NCBI GenBank assembly: GCA_964016885.1 | Contig: OZ024743.1 | Location: 158,658,001-158,722,000, forward strand | Length of the DNA stretch: 64,000 nt | From: Eledone cirrhosa | Taxonomy: Eukaryota | Direction: 5' to 3' | In this document: in pieces, positions 1 to 13,892 of the stretch | How the letters are laid out: each line of letters begins with the position of its first letter | How positions within the stretch are numbered: position 1 is the first letter of the stretch | Notes under the pieces: model-generated | Seen by the model: only the letters and a program-made list of their open reading frames with translations | Databases searched by the model: none | Told to the model about the DNA's origin: nothing | Made by a program: the position numbers and the translations under genes

Positions 1-89
1 TGTATGTTAATATAGGATAAATTATGTTATAACTAATGTTATTAAAATACAAAATAATTGACAATATTTGAGGAATTGTATTTCAATGG

Positions 90-437
90 ATCTGCAGACT
101 TAATGTGTGAGAATGACAAAGGATGGATTAACTGGGGGAGAAATTGGGTATAAGAGGAATCATAAGTAGTGTGCAGGAGAGGAGACTGCATTGGTATGGA
201 CATGTGATGTGCATGGATGTTGATTGCAGGGTGAAGAGGTGCTAAATAATTCCAATGGAAGGAAGCAGCATTAGAGGAAGACCAAGGAAGACATGGATAG
301 AAGTAGTGAGAGCTGATCTCAGATCACTAAAGCTCACAAAGGAGAGGACAAAGGAATGTGAGAAGTGGAGAGATACTGTACTAAGAAGGTCTGTCCAACC
401 CATGCAAGTGTGGAACAACATGTAAAATGATGATGAT
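90..437 (+). mobile_element. Decayed RTE LINE 3' fragment
   Basis: Encodes VQERRLHWYGHV..GRPRKTW-like peptide; ends ccaacccatgcaagtgtggaa..taaaatgatgatgatg like the other RTE copies. Confidence 0.85.
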
Positions 438-2149
438 GTGTGTGTATATAGGTATACATGCATACACACACACGCACACATCATTTTACATTTGCTTTAT
501 GTGATAACATGGGTAGGACACATTTATGATTCTGAAGAACAAAAAGGAAAAACTATAGTTAGTGTTATATTTACCACTCCTGAATAATTATATCTATATT
601 GCTCTTCAAATTGTATTGAGTTCTGTGTTTGTTGTTTGAACTGAAACACACACATATGCATGTGCGCTCACACACACATAATCATCACCGTTATCATGTA
701 TTGTCCATTTTTTCTTGCTGACCTACATATGTTTCAGTTTTGGTATGATCTCTATCATTGCAAGACATATACTGTTTTACAGATTACAAACATTATCTGA
801 CAGTAGCTCAACAAATTCAATGTAACATTTAAAAAGGGTACAGGCACACACATGCAGGCAGACAGACTGACACACACACACATGAGCAAACACTGTGTGT
901 TTTTTTTTTATGTACTTTCATCTCATAAGCAAGATGTAGGAGTATCTGGTGTATATTACATGAGGTAACTAAAATTACGACCTTATAAAGGTTACTTGCA
1001 TCCTTCCTCCTACTGAGAATATTGTATGCACTAAATAACTTCTGCAACACATACTCTAATCTCTGATAATGACCTGGCTACTCTCATTGATCTCTACAAC
1101 CTCATTTATATATCCTATTCTCTCCCTGCTTAGATTGACAACTTAGTATCTCCCATATTCCACATTTTCCCTCTACAAGCAATAACTGTTAAACTAAAAT
1201 AGAAAATTTAGAATTAGTTTGTGGATATATTAGTATATCTTAGAATAGCTTTGAATACCTTCATATGTTTAACTGATAAACAGCTTATTGTGTAATGTTG
1301 CTTTGTGTCTTAAATATGCTGGAATTTTCACATGCACTAGTTCCATAGAAGATGTATATAGAATATGTAGACCATGTTCCCCTAAAGTAATATATATATA
1401 TTTAAAAAAAAACTGAAATTGTCTATTTTTATATACTTGTATGTTTTACAATTCATCTTTCATGGAGATCAAATCATGTTTGTAAACTGAGTGAAATTAA
1501 AAAACTTCTCATTTGAAAAAGGAATAACATTATGTTGATTAATAGTTGTGTATATAAGATTGTGGATGATTGAAGCAATAAGATTTGAGACAGCTAACTG
1601 AGGGGTTGGTGGTTTATGTCATGAATACCAGCTCATGGTTGTTATCTGTGATTAAATCACTTAACATTCAGTAAAGCACAGTTCATCAAGTTCTGAATAG
1701 GTACCACAAAGTGACAGACTTCTGTGTTTCACTGTAAAATTGACATGATTTTTAGCTTGCAGTGTTGGGATCAATTCCTCTCGTAAAAAAATACTTATAA
1801 CAGTCTAGCACCCTATTCAAGAAGATATTTGTCTTTAAATTGCTTAGCATCACATAAACTGGAGATAAGTACTCTCCAGTGGATTACAGAATCTGTGGAT
1901 GAATAGATAAACATTAATTATATGGTCTAGGAGCTTTATGATTTGGTGTGTACTAGTGAAAAAGAGAAGGGAATAATATTTGGTTCATAGATATTTAGTT
2001 CATATCAAAATGCAGATATTTCTGAGTTTCTAGTCACAAGATAAAAAAAAAATAATTTAACATGGCCCATTTGTGTACTACATTCTTATTGCATGGTGTA
2101 TGAAGAGACAATGGCAAACATTAAATAATTAATCTGAGTGAGATTGATA

Positions 2150-2760
2150 GATAGACAAACAGATATTTATTCTGTAGCACATATTGCTAGTAGATGTGAG
2201 CAATTAGCAAAAAAAAAAAAAAAAAGAGTCCATTGGGAATTGTGCAAAAAACACATCATCAAATTGCAATGTCAGTGGTACAAACATACTTCTCTTGAAT
2301 CTTGTCTATCAGTGAGAGAGTAGAGTTATTTTGAGATCTTAAGATCAAGACCACAAACAAAATCCAATACTGATATTGTTGTAAAAACAAACAACCCCCC
2401 CATGATGGACTCTAATTTATATTGCTGTCCCTCAAGACCTCAATGTGGCTATAAAGGAAATGGAAAAGATTAATAAGTATGCAGACATTCTCGGTGCTAT
2501 TAGAACTGAACACCATTAAAGACAGAAGTTGTGCTAATCGTCATTAGGACATTAGGCACACTCCCTGAACACCTTACATCTTTTATCAAAACCCTTGGGA
2601 TCCCTGACTTCATAGGCAGTGCCCAAATTTCTGCCATCACTAGCACTGCCAGTATCCTGCACAATATATTGAGCCTCTGAGACCAGGGACTGACCTGAAG
2701 CCAAATTAATGCTTCACCTAACTGATTGCTAAAGAAACCTTACAAAAAAAAAAAAAGAAA
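2150..2760 (+). mobile_element. Decayed 3' fragment of an RLE-type non-LTR retrotransposon (R4/Dong/NeSL-like)
   Basis: Remnants HIASRCEQLA, VHWELCKKH, DIVV, IAVPQD.NV..KE.EKI.KY, VV.IVI..LG; A-rich tail at about 2743. Confidence 0.7.
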
Positions 2761-2922
2761 ATAAAATCATCATCAGGGTCACCGTCATTGTTATCAGGAC
2801 TGGATTAGCAGAATTGTCAGTGTCAAACAAAATATCTTGTAGTATTTAGTTACTGTTTATGTTCTGAGTTTAATATTAGTCTTACCACTTCTCTCTTTCC
2901 CACTATCATTATAGTCCTATGA

Positions 2923-3110
2923 AGGGCGGTGGATTGGCAGTATCTGTAGGGAGTCGGACAACATGCTTTGAAGCATAGAGTTACGTCCCTTTATGATCTG
3001 AGTTCAAATCCCTCCGAGGTTAACTTTGCCTTTCATCCTTACGGGGTCGATAAAATAAAGTACCAGTAATGTACTGGGTAATTGCTGGCCTTGTGCCTAA
3101 CATAGAAACA
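2923..3110 (+). mobile_element. tRNA-derived SINE family 1, full length, 15-bp TSD attatagtcctatga
   Basis: A-box-like tggcagtatc.gt, B box gagttcaaatcc, core gcctttcatccttacggggtcgataaaataaagtaccag; TSD 2908-2922 / 3111-3125. Confidence 0.92.
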
Positions 3111-3659
3111 ATTATAGTCCTATGACCATAGCGGACATAAAATGATGATGATGATGATGATCTTAACTATTGCTATTATTTATCCATACCATGTGATGTG
3201 TTAACGTGCTCCCTTATCCCCCTCCCCCCAAATGAAACATCTGGTGTGTTTGATTGTTAGCCTCTTATGTATATTTATATAGCAAGCTTTTATATTATTA
3301 ATTAATATTTCCTCCTCTGTCCTTTTGTCTCTAGAGTCATCATTCTCTAGGCCACCATTCTTTAATATGTATTAAACTTTAATCTATTGTACTAGCACAT
3401 GTACTACTGGCTAAAATTGCTAATTGTTACCAAATTTCCTGAAACCACCTTTGGTTCTATGATACAAAGCTATTTATTGTAAAATGTTTATATATATCTA
3501 AAAACCTTCCATCATAATTTTGTATAAGAACCTTTGTTAAGTTATTTCCAAACAGCTGCATAATAATGAGAAAGTTAGTTATATTATTTAATTCCTTAAA
3601 ATTCTCTATTGTTTTCAAAATTATTTGAAAATCATATGCAGTGCCTTTCATTAGAAATA

Positions 3660-4137
3660 CTAGCAGAAAAACCACCCATCGGGTGGTTTTCTGCTAGCAT
3701 GTGTAGTGTGCATATTGATATTATACGCAAGTATATATATATGTAGATATGATACATCAAATAAAATCGTAATTGACAATATACACAGAAATTGAACGAA
3801 GACTGCGTTACACTATCTTATGTAATCAGTAACGTAATCCATGATACATTAAAAAAGATGATATTGTATATAAACTGCATTAGGAGAAAATTAGTGACAG
3901 AAATATATCAATGTTTATTTAAGCGATCGCTAACCGGAAGTGTTGACATTTGAAAATTTTAAAGAAGTGAATCTTTAAATAAACAATAAAATATATTTAA
4001 TACACAGGTACGAAATTTAGTAGATAAATTATGTAATATTCATTATTTATTCAAAGTAATCCAACTTATTTTACTAATGGGATAAAAAATTATAAACCAT
4101 ACACAGTCCTGTGCTCCTTACTTTATTATAGTTTAGA
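3660..4137 (-). mobile_element. Non-autonomous Helitron-like element with fold-back 3' end
   Basis: Minus strand starts TCTAAACTATAATAAAG and ends hairpin-CTGCTAG; sits between A and T; termini resemble 26735 and 50310 elements. Confidence 0.6.
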
Positions 4138-6391
4138 TGGTAATGAAAGAGCTGGTAATTCTGATGCCATATAAATTTTGTTCATTAATTTCTTTAGTTC
4201 AAGCTGAATGTTACCTGTGATGATAGACAGGCATCATATCCAGTGTAGAAATCATCTGTTATTTACTTAAATCAAAATATCATTGCCGGAAGGATTTGAA
4301 GCCAATTGTGAGGAGCAAGAGGTGGTCGCTTGGTTGAACCACACCACATGGACTTTGGGTACTTTTATTGCAGTCCACTCTATTTCAAGTGTTTAGACTA
4401 AGTTTCCAGTTTGAGGACCCATTTCTCTCTCCTTCCTACTAATGTTGGAGGTGCTTTGGAAGGGTCATGGGTGCTGTCCTGCCTACTGACTAGGCAAAAG
4501 CAAACAAAATAAAACAAATTCTGGTGTTCTAATTCTGCTATTAGTCATCCAACCACTAATAATGTTAACAACAACAACAACAATAATGTTTTTTATAATG
4601 GTGATGATCTGTATAAGGACATTAAGGAAAAGGGGTGTTATTTATATAAGACAGTTTATATGTTGTTGATTGGAAAGTGTTCTGTTTAGTTAAGGAATAA
4701 AATGTCAGGCCTGTTTAACAATCTCCTTGGTATAGAATTTCTTGTTGACAAGAAATATAGTCACATTATCTCACATGATAGTTGTTTGCCACTTACATTT
4801 GGGTTACATTTGGTGAAATAAATCTCAATATTTTATCTGATGTGGCTGTTGAACTATTTTTGGAATTTAGCATAAATATCATTTTTTACTACGACACTGA
4901 ATCTTTTTTTGGGTGTGTATATAAAGCTGAATGATACTGCCAACTTGCATGAACAGAGCAGTTAAGAATCATTGGATATGCTGTTAGGCCTTTATTAGGG
5001 GCAATAGATTTAATGTGTTCTGGTTTAATACTACCATTTGGCCTTTGTGTGTGCCTTTAGCAGAAACCTCTCTGTTGTAAGCATTTGGACCAGGGTTTCT
5101 ATTTTAAGTATCGCACACGTGTCTTAATATCTTCCTCTTTTTCTTTTTTTAATTTCAGAGGTTCTGGGTTACTGCCTTTCCTTTTCTAACTAAGACTTAA
5201 AAAATGCTGTAAATTTTATATACAGTGAGAAAATATCTGGAAAAAAACAAAACAATAGAGAAAAAAAGTTCTGTGTATATTAGTTAAATACTGTAAGGAA
5301 GAAATAATAGATAAAAAGTATTCAAAGTTTTGGATGGTAGCCCTTTGATAGGAGAGAAAGAGAAAAACAATTATTTTTGAAAAAGAGAGGCAAAATATAT
5401 ATTCTTTGAGTAATAGCTCACATGGTGGACGAATTAGCTACCAAGGGCAAAACTTGGTGTTCTAGTCAGCCCTAGACATATAATGATGTGCATGTATACA
5501 TCCCTTCACAAAAAGAAACACATTGATATTCAAACTTTGGATGCATGAGTGAGTGGTTCTTATTTTATCATGAACTGGATGGGTGTGTGTGTGTGTGTGT
5601 GTGTGTGAGTGTGTTTGTGTTTAGAATTGTGAGAAAAATGCACCCAATTCATTCCATAGAATTTATTAATCTTTTTAAAGTGTTGAGACTTCCCAGTGTT
5701 GCTACTCTGAGTTTCCAAAATGGAAGCATGGAACTAAGTATAACAATAAAAGGAAGATTAAATTTCAAATATACATATGTGTGTTGCTACATCCAACTCT
5801 TGCTAGCAGGGAAAATGGACATTAAATGATGATGATGATGTAGGTTTAGCTGTCAGATGGGAGAAGTATATATGTTTGAAACTCCTGGTATAGCTTCACA
5901 GGTGTAATAATATATATGTATATAATCATCATCACTTAACAGGGAGAAAGGTTGTTAAATGGCAATGAAGATGATGATATATACATTCACATTTCCCGAT
6001 TTCAACCATTTGGCTGTCTCAATTCTGGGGCCCTATTGTTTCCCCCTATTTAGGGGGTGTGAGGGATTCTTTTTCAATTATCTTTCTCAGTGTATATTTT
6101 TGTTGTATTTTTGTCACATCGTTTCATTGCATGGCCTTTGTATATCAATATATACTCTTTATCATCATCTTACTCATAAAAGACCTTTTTCGTGGGGAAT
6201 GACTATTTTATATTCATTTTTAAAAATATCCTAATTCATCTAAGTTATCTCTTTCCTTTACTAATTTTGCATGGAACCATTCAGCATCACCAGCATTGCC
6301 TTCAACAACATCTTCATCTCCATGTCACAGACTCATACATTGTTTTCATATTCTATCTTAAGTGTTGTAACCATGATTATACTCATTCTTA

Positions 6392-6513
<122 letters not shown>

Positions 6514-6979
6514 CATATCACTAATTATCTAAGTAAAAGTATCTCATCTCATGGCAGTTTTCAATGATGAATAATTCCTATTGCACGATCAACAAAACTA
6601 CCTCAATTCAATTAGTAAGTGGCTGAGTATTCTGCTGACATTTGTTTTAATATAATCCCCTGGAAGACTTAGAATGACATAGCTGCTACTGTCATACATG
6701 CTTACAATTTTTGAAGGACGTAGAAAACTTTGAGATATAAGTCAGCTTCTGTACATAACTATCAGCATTGTCTGTGACATAAAAAAAAGTTCAATTACGT
6801 TGGAATTGTTGCAGCCTGACCAGACAATCTAGAACTAACCACACCTTTTATTACAGTTTCGCAAGGGTTATCTGTAGCATAAAACACACAGTTGTATCAG
6901 TTAACGGCTCCATTCATATGGAATGGCTCATCTGATCAAATTATCCAATCAATATGATGAATCATTATTATGAATGAAC

Positions 6980-7166
6980 GAGGGCGGTGAATTAGCAGTA
7001 TCGGTAGAGGGTTGGACGCCATGCTTTCTAGCATAGTTACGTCCCTTTACAGTCTGAGTTCAAATCCCGCCGAGGTTAACTTTGCCTTTCATCCTTACAG
7101 GGTCGATAAAATAAAGTACCAGTAATGTACTGGGTATTTGCTGGCCTTGTGCCTAAACTAGAAACA
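6980..7166 (+). mobile_element. SINE family 1, 16-bp TSD attattatgaatgaac
   Basis: Near-identical to the 2923 copy; TSD 6964-6979 / 7167-7182. Confidence 0.92.
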
Positions 7167-9090
7167 ATTATTATGAATGAACAAGTCTAAGTATAAAGTG
7201 AGGTAAATTTAAATCTTTCACAATGAGGTCACAATGATGTTTGGTTGCTATGCAGTTGAAATGAACCACACATAAGAGACATCTAAAGATGTTCATAATG
7301 TTGGCTCACTGGTTGTAGATTATATTCTATACTGATTGACAATTAGTGACCAGAACAAGACACATCTTTAATTGGACTTATACTCTCCCACTAATAAAGC
7401 AATATGTTAATCGTTCTTTTGTTGTCAGTTAACTGAAATTAGATATTGAAGTAAATATTTCTGCTTAACAATCCATGCATGTTCTATAGTACTGTAAGCT
7501 CATATTTCTGAAATTAAAATGTTGGTATAGAAAGTTTCTTTATATAGTATTATTTTAAAGTCAATATGATTGGCTTCTACAATTCAACTGAATAGCTATT
7601 GTATGCCACCTTATACACCCTTCATTTAAAATGTAATTGTGACACAAACACATACAGAACACAATGTCAATTCTGAATTCTTTTCCTTTTTTTATGCTTC
7701 ATTTATTTATTTTTTTCTTTTAGCATGCCCTAAGAAACGATTTTCACCTCATATTTCAAATTCTAACTAATCATAGTTTTACTAACATCATTTTTCATTT
7801 CATTCCATTATCAAAGTGTAATGGGGGGAAAATGGAATGCTGTATATATTTTCTTTTTCTTGTTGTTTTCACTCTTTTAAGATAAAACCAGCCGGTCCCA
7901 CTTCTCTTTAAGCATCAACAGCAAAATAAAAAAAAAAAAATTTTTTGTATAAACTTGACCAAACCTAAACTATAATAATGCATAGAACGAAGGGCGAAAA
8001 TTATAATCATAGGGCTGATTTGATTAAGACAGTCATAAAGATAAAGCCTGAAACTGCCTTTGGCTCTTTCATACAGTGCCTATCTAAATTAAAAACTTCC
8101 ATCATACTATTATGTAGGAACTGTCTTTCAAGACAGGTGTAGACATGGCTGTGTGATTAAGAAGTTCACTTCACAATTGCATGCTTTCACTTTGTGAGTG
8201 AAATGTGGTAGATGGAAGTACTCTTGAAGCTTGTCATGTACCTCATCATCTCCATCATCACTATCATCATCATCATCATCATCATTTTACATATTTTTAT
8301 CCATATTTTTATGTGTTCAATGAGTTTTCTCGGTCAGCATTATCCTTTGAACATTTTTTTTTTAACTGTTTAGTCAGGGAAGGAGGATTGGCAGCTATTT
8401 CTTGCAGATTATACAGACCTATAAATACTTACTTTGATAAAAATAGAAGTCAACGTTTCACTATTCATAGATAATCTTTTTTAACCATTATTTTAGTACA
8501 TTATTGTTGCATTAGAGACAATGGCATTTTCCGTCTTTGTTAGCTGTTGATTCTAATAATAGAGCAATAGCTGCTGCAATTATAGTCAATTGATTCAATT
8601 GGTAGCCAAATACTTTATTTTATTAATGCTATTTTCTCCAAAAGAAAATACAAACACACACAAAAACTAGAAAAAACTAAACACTGGCAGGATTTGAATC
8701 CAGTTATTATAGTTGACTCGAGAAGTTGATCTATTTTTTAAATTTTGCTTCATTTATTTTGGAGATGCTCTTCCTGATGCCAGCCCTATTAGTCATTTCT
8801 TGTGGCACACATGGATATGGGATGCCTGGATATACCCAGTAAGCAGGGCATATATTGTAAATATATACCCCTTTCCATCAAAATAAAAAAAGAAATAAAC
8901 AGAAAAGTCACAGGATTTGAATCTAGCAGAAAGAATAGAAAGTAAGGAGGGTCACTGGAAAAATTAATTTTAGTAAAGCTTAGTTCAACTCCCTTTAACT
9001 ATCTGTGGTGGTTGATGATGGTGTTGATGGTGCTGATAACAATAATGATGATGATATCACTGCTCTTTTACATCTTTCTTATGTTCATAG

Positions 9091-9233
9091 GAATCCTTAG
9101 CTGATGTTGATAAAGACCTTCAACAGATGCGGCAAGAATTACACCAGTTGATGGGTGTCATCAGAAACAAAGATCAAGAAATTGAAACTCTTGGATGCCA
9201 ACTTAAGTCTAGCCAAAACCAGATTCAAACATG
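9091..9233 (+). CDS. Internal coding exon A of a host gene (coiled coil: ESLADVDKDLQQMRQELHQLMGVIRNKDQEIETLGCQLKSSQNQIQT); upstream exons not found in the window
   Basis: Pyrimidine tract + ttcatag acceptor, open frame, TG|gtaagt donor; 143 nt, phase 0 to 2; heptad-like pattern. Confidence 0.88.
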
Positions 9234-9500
9234 GTAAGTATTGTGTAAATATGTGTATATATAACAACAAATTAAGATGATAGAATAGATTTCATTTTTT
9301 CCTATATTGTTATTGCATAAGTATCAGTTAAATTATTTGTATTGAAACATTTGTAAGATTATTAAATGATCTGAGAACTCTATTGTATCTTCTTTAGTTG
9401 TATACATTATTATGTGCCACTTATTTCTTTTCTTAAACAACATTGAGCTTAAAAAAATATTGTTAATTGACAATTCTCTCTCTCTCTCTCTCTTTCTCTA

Positions 9501-9538
<38 letters not shown>

Positions 9539-9575
9539 AAATAAGTTGACAGGACTAGCATAAGTTTCACTGCTA

Positions 9576-9614
<39 letters not shown>

Positions 9615-9826
9615 CACACACGAAAATGAGAAAACTCATCACTAGAACAGCTATTAAAACAGCTAAATGCTGCCAAAGACACCAATAGCCTAATTAGCCT
9701 AATTTACATATTGGTCGATTGTTTCTGCCCTGCCACTGCTAGAACAAAAGGATGATGATAGACACACAGCATAATGAGGCTGTTTGCTTGCAAACAAATC
9801 AATTATTATTATTTGATATAAAACTC

Positions 9827-10004
9827 TGAGGGGGTGGATTGGTAGTGTCGGATGCCATGCTTTGACGCATAGAGTTACGGCCCTTGCCATTCTGAGTTCA
9901 AATCCCGCCGAGGTTAACTTTGCCTTTCATCCTTACGGGGTCGATAAAATAAAGTACCAGTAATACACTGGGTAATTGCTGGCCTTGTGCCTAACGTAGA
10001 AACA
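9827..10004 (+). mobile_element. SINE family 1, 19-bp TSD attatttgatataaaactc
   Basis: TSD 9808-9826 / 10005-10023. Confidence 0.92.
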
Positions 10005-10995
10005 ATTATTTGATATAAAACTCATGAATGAATTTACATATCCGCTATGTTAGAGTGAAAACTAATTCTGTTTTTAATTTTCGGCAAAACTAGCCGTAAA
10101 ACCACTTGGTATGCAAATTAGGCTAATCAGGTGATGTGTACTTTAGAGAATACTATATATTCTCAAGATTTCTAATGGGTAACAGAAGGGGATACAAAAT
10201 CTTGACAACCTCAGCCGGATGGTTGGAACAGATAAAAGAGTAAAAGGACAATAACCCAGAAACAATATTATTGTCAATTGTTTCTCTCTGTCAGCGCTAG
10301 AAGAAAAGGGTGTCGAAATAATTAATAATTTTAGAAAATCCCTCAAAATCCTTCATTAGTTAATTAAAATAAAGTATATTTCATTAGAAATACATTCATA
10401 AAAGGGTTAAAAACACTGATGATACACGTGTTTGTTTGCTAACAAGTATATGTTGAAAATAAAGCAAAACAATTTCTTTTCTTCATCTTCTTGGGATGAG
10501 TTTTCTGTTTTATTTTCCTTTGAAAGATTATTAATTTGTTTTTATTTTCATCATTTGTTTGTGTGTGTGGGTGTGTGTGTGATGATCTCCATATTTCACT
10601 TTTATTACTTGAATGTTTGATGATATACACTTATCATTTTTCTTAGTATATACAACAGAAACCTTGGGCTATTGTTGAACTTCTTAACCTTTAATGTACT
10701 TGTGTTCTGTCATTGTATTAAATGTAAATTGGTTAATTCTAGCTAAAGGACATACATCGCCATTCCCAATACCCTCCCCAACACGTCTACAATTCCCAAT
10801 ACCTTCTCCCATCACATTTACAATCACCAATATTCCCACCACCACTATCTCCACCATCATCACAGCCTCCAACACCAATTCCACAATCACCACCTCCTCC
10901 ACTGCTGTCTCCTTCTATCACCTACCAGGTTGAATTTCCCCATAGAATACCATTTGTTGATCCACACTCCACACTGTATTTTATGAATAAGTATG

Positions 10996-11755
10996 TAAAT
11001 AATAATAATAATGAAATTATTGTGTAAAGTGCTCAGGTGCACTACAACTCGTCAATATAGTACATAGAATAATACACAAATGCCAGGGAAGTACATGTTT
11101 GTATGTGTTAGCTGTAGTGTTGGCGGATCTCGGGAAGCATGGAGGCCTTAAAGGATGCAGTGTCTCGACAGCTAACAACTGATGCAGGTAGTTTGTTCCA
11201 TGCTTCAGCAACTCTGAGTGTGAAAAAATGTTTCCGAAAGTCATGGGAACTGTGCTGTTTTCTTACTTTGTAGGCATGTCCACGTGTGGTAGACACATGG
11301 AAATCGAAAAGGCACTCAGGGTTGTTGTTGGCAACATGGTTAACAATTTTGTGGGTGTTTACCAAGTCAGTTGCCAGGCGTCGGAGCTTCAATGAATCCA
11401 TGCCCAGGGAAGCAAGGCGCTCAGAGTATGGTAGATGCCTGATGGAGGGTATTCGCTTGGTTGCACGTCTCTGAACAGTTTCCAGGCGGTCAATGTCCTG
11501 AGCAAGATAGGGGTTCCAGACTGGTGATGCAAATTCTAAGTGTGGTCGCACCATAGCTGTATACAGCCTTAAATAGATATCTGGAGAGCGGCTGACAAAG
11601 GTCTTGCTGAGTGATGCTAAGACACCCTCGGCCCTCTTGACAATTTTAGAGACGTACCTCGTCCAACGCAAATCGCTGCTGACCGTAATGCCCAGGTCAC
11701 GTTCACAGGAAGACTTCTTGATATTAGTGCTGTGGAGGGAGTATGTAGGAAATGT
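10996..11755 (-). mobile_element. 5'-truncated CR1-clade LINE (RT C-terminus, 3' UTR, (ATT)n tail)
   Basis: ORF 11108-11782 with ERDLGITV, LYTAMVRPHLEFASPVWNP, LETVQRRATK, TRGH, FFTLRV..WNKLP, all typical CR1 ORF2 motifs. Confidence 0.92.
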
Positions 11756-11907
11756 ATGACAAAATGCTATTCCTGTCATCAACTAGTACTGAAGGAGCCT
11801 CTCCCAACAAAATTTCAGGAGCTAAAAGGGGAATTTCTTTATCGACCTGCAACCAAATCATCCTTAAATCACACCATACCACTGTAGACCCTGATATACA
11901 AAAATAC

Positions 11908-11990
11908 AGGGTGATCATGTGCCTTTTATCATAAGTCTGTTTGCTCAGGGTGATCATGTGCCTTTTATCATAAGTCTGTTTGCTCAGGGT
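11908..11990. repeat. ~39-bp tandem duplication inside an older interspersed repeat (diverged relatives near 13735, 18620, 28490, 42390)
   Basis: cagggtgatcatgtgccttttatcataagtctgtttgct occurs twice in tandem. Confidence 0.85.
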
Positions 11991-12490
11991 TAACCTTGGT
12001 CTAAACAACAACAACAAAAGAGACTGTTTTAATTGTGACACTAACTATAGCAACTTTCTCCCCATATCAGTTTGGAATGTCAATAATAAGAAACACTTGC
12101 CCAAACAAGTCAAAGATGTTTATTGTTTGTTATTTACTGTTTTACAAACATTTTTTCTATTTTTTTCCTAAGTATTATGGTTTGTACTATGGTTTAACAA
12201 ATACATATTTTAATTACTCAGCTGAGAAGTTTGAGTAGAGTTTGTTCTTTGTTCATTCAGGAAATATATATCTATATATATTGTAGTTATTAGATTAGGT
12301 ATGAGTGAGACATACTTTTTGTTTAGTGAAGAGACTAGAGTAAAAAAAATATACATTTGTCATTGACTCAGTATAATCAATGGCTGGTGTAAAGTTTCAA
12401 TTTCTAAACTCTAACCTCATTAATCAAATATCCAAACCACACAGCTACTGTGCTCCACTGTTATGCTTCAGTTAATTTTAAAAATATTCA

Positions 12491-12832
12491 AGGCACATGG
12501 CTTAGTGGTTCGAGCATTGGCCTTGCAATCGAAAGGTTGTGAGTTCAATTCTCAGACCGGGTGATGTGTTGTTTCCTTGAGTAAGACACTTTATTTCACA
12601 TTACTCCAGTTTACTCAGCTGTAGAAATGAGATGTTAGGGACTGGGGTCCCTATCATTCCACTGCAAAGTGGTCATGCAGGTGACACGGCAAAAAAGCAC
12701 CCAACACTCACTGTAAATGAGGTTGGTGTTAGGAAGGGCATCCAGCTGTAGAAATCAAGCCAAAAATCAGTTCCCGTCCCACCCTTGCAAGCAGGGAAAA
12801 AGCGGACGTAAAATGAAATGATGATGATGATG
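12491..12832 (+). mobile_element. tRNA-derived SINE family 2 (tRNA head, CORE-like block, RTE-derived body and tail, (ATG)n end)
   Basis: A box tggcttagtgg, B box gagttcaattc, ccttgagtaagacactt, gttaggaagggcatccagctgtagaa, tail cccacccttgcaagcagggaaaa.gcggacgtaaaatga; probable TSD attcaag. Confidence 0.9.
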
Positions 12833-12945
12833 ATTCAAGAATTTAGCACAATAGCTAGTTTTGTCATTATTTCAGAACATAACTTAAAAAGTTATTACTT
12901 AAAATGAAAATTAAAGGTTTAAAGTTCATTATGAATACTTTAAAA

Positions 12946-13115
12946 GGGTGGTTGATTGGCAGTATCGGTAGAGGGTTGGACGGCATGCTTTCTAGCATAG
13001 AGTTACGTCCCTTTATGATCTGAGTTCAAATCCCGCCGAGGTTAACTTTGTCTTTCATCTTTACGGGGTCGATAAAATAAAGTACCAGTAATGCCTTGTG
13101 CCTAAAGTAGAAACA
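12946..13115 (+). mobile_element. SINE family 1 with small internal deletion, 18-bp TSD attatgaatactttaaaa
   Basis: TSD 12928-12945 / 13116-13133. Confidence 0.92.
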
Positions 13116-13519
13116 ATTATGAATACTTTAAAATTGATAGTTTCGTATTATAGTCCCAGGAGCAGTCTCAAGCTTGTTGTTATTAAAATGGTTAGTATTC
13201 CGTTTTTATTTCTCAGTCAAACTGGTTGAAGGGCAGTAGAGAGAGGAAGATATCCTCTAATTGGAAACCTATTCGAAAGGCTTGAAACAAAGTGGGCTCT
13301 GTTAAAGGCACCACAGTGCCAGGTGGTGATGCTAAACTGACTAAGTCTACTACTCAAGTAGGTCACAGTGAGATTTGAACTCTAGGTGTGATGTCAAAAA
13401 GTTACAGTTTGTCATAATGAACAGTTTCAAATTTGAATGCAGAATTCCCTACCTGTATTATAGAAGCTGTACATGTTTTTTATATTGCTGCACTGCTTCA
13501 AATTATTAGCTCATATAAT

Positions 13520-13709
13520 TGTTTCTACTTTAGGCACAAGGCCAGCAATCACCCAGTGCATTACTGGTACTTTATTTTATCGACCCCGTAAGGATGAAAG
13601 GCAAAGTCAACCTCGGCGGGATTTGAACTCAGATCGTAAAGGGACGTAACTATGCTGGAAAGCATGGCGTCCGACCCTCTACCGATACTGCCAATCCACC
13701 GCCCCTTTT
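13520..13709 (-). mobile_element. SINE family 1, 20-bp TSD
   Basis: aaattattagctcatataat at 13500-13519 and 13710-13729. Confidence 0.93.
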
Positions 13710-13892
13710 AAATTATTAGCTCATATAATGATGTTGAAAGTCACAGCAGGGACACCTTTTATCATAGATCTATTTTATCAAGACTGACTGGAGCTAAACA
13801 ACAACCACAATATTGAAAGGCAGTAGCCTTAAATATTAGAATGTATAGCATTTCTTGCCTTAAATTTTGATATGACAAAGATATGTACTGAA

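Noticed and set aside
5130-5200. Strong acceptor-like site tttttaatttcag
   Set aside because: No convincing donor or open frame compatible with exon A follows; could only be a non-coding or terminal exon
10694-10933. Thr/Pro/Ile-rich ORF resembling a mucin exon
   Set aside because: Degenerate (CAC/CAT)n low-complexity intron sequence without supported splice sites
12491-12565. tRNA gene candidates in SINE heads (also 2923, 49632)
   Set aside because: A/B boxes present but no complete cloverleaf; they are multicopy SINE heads
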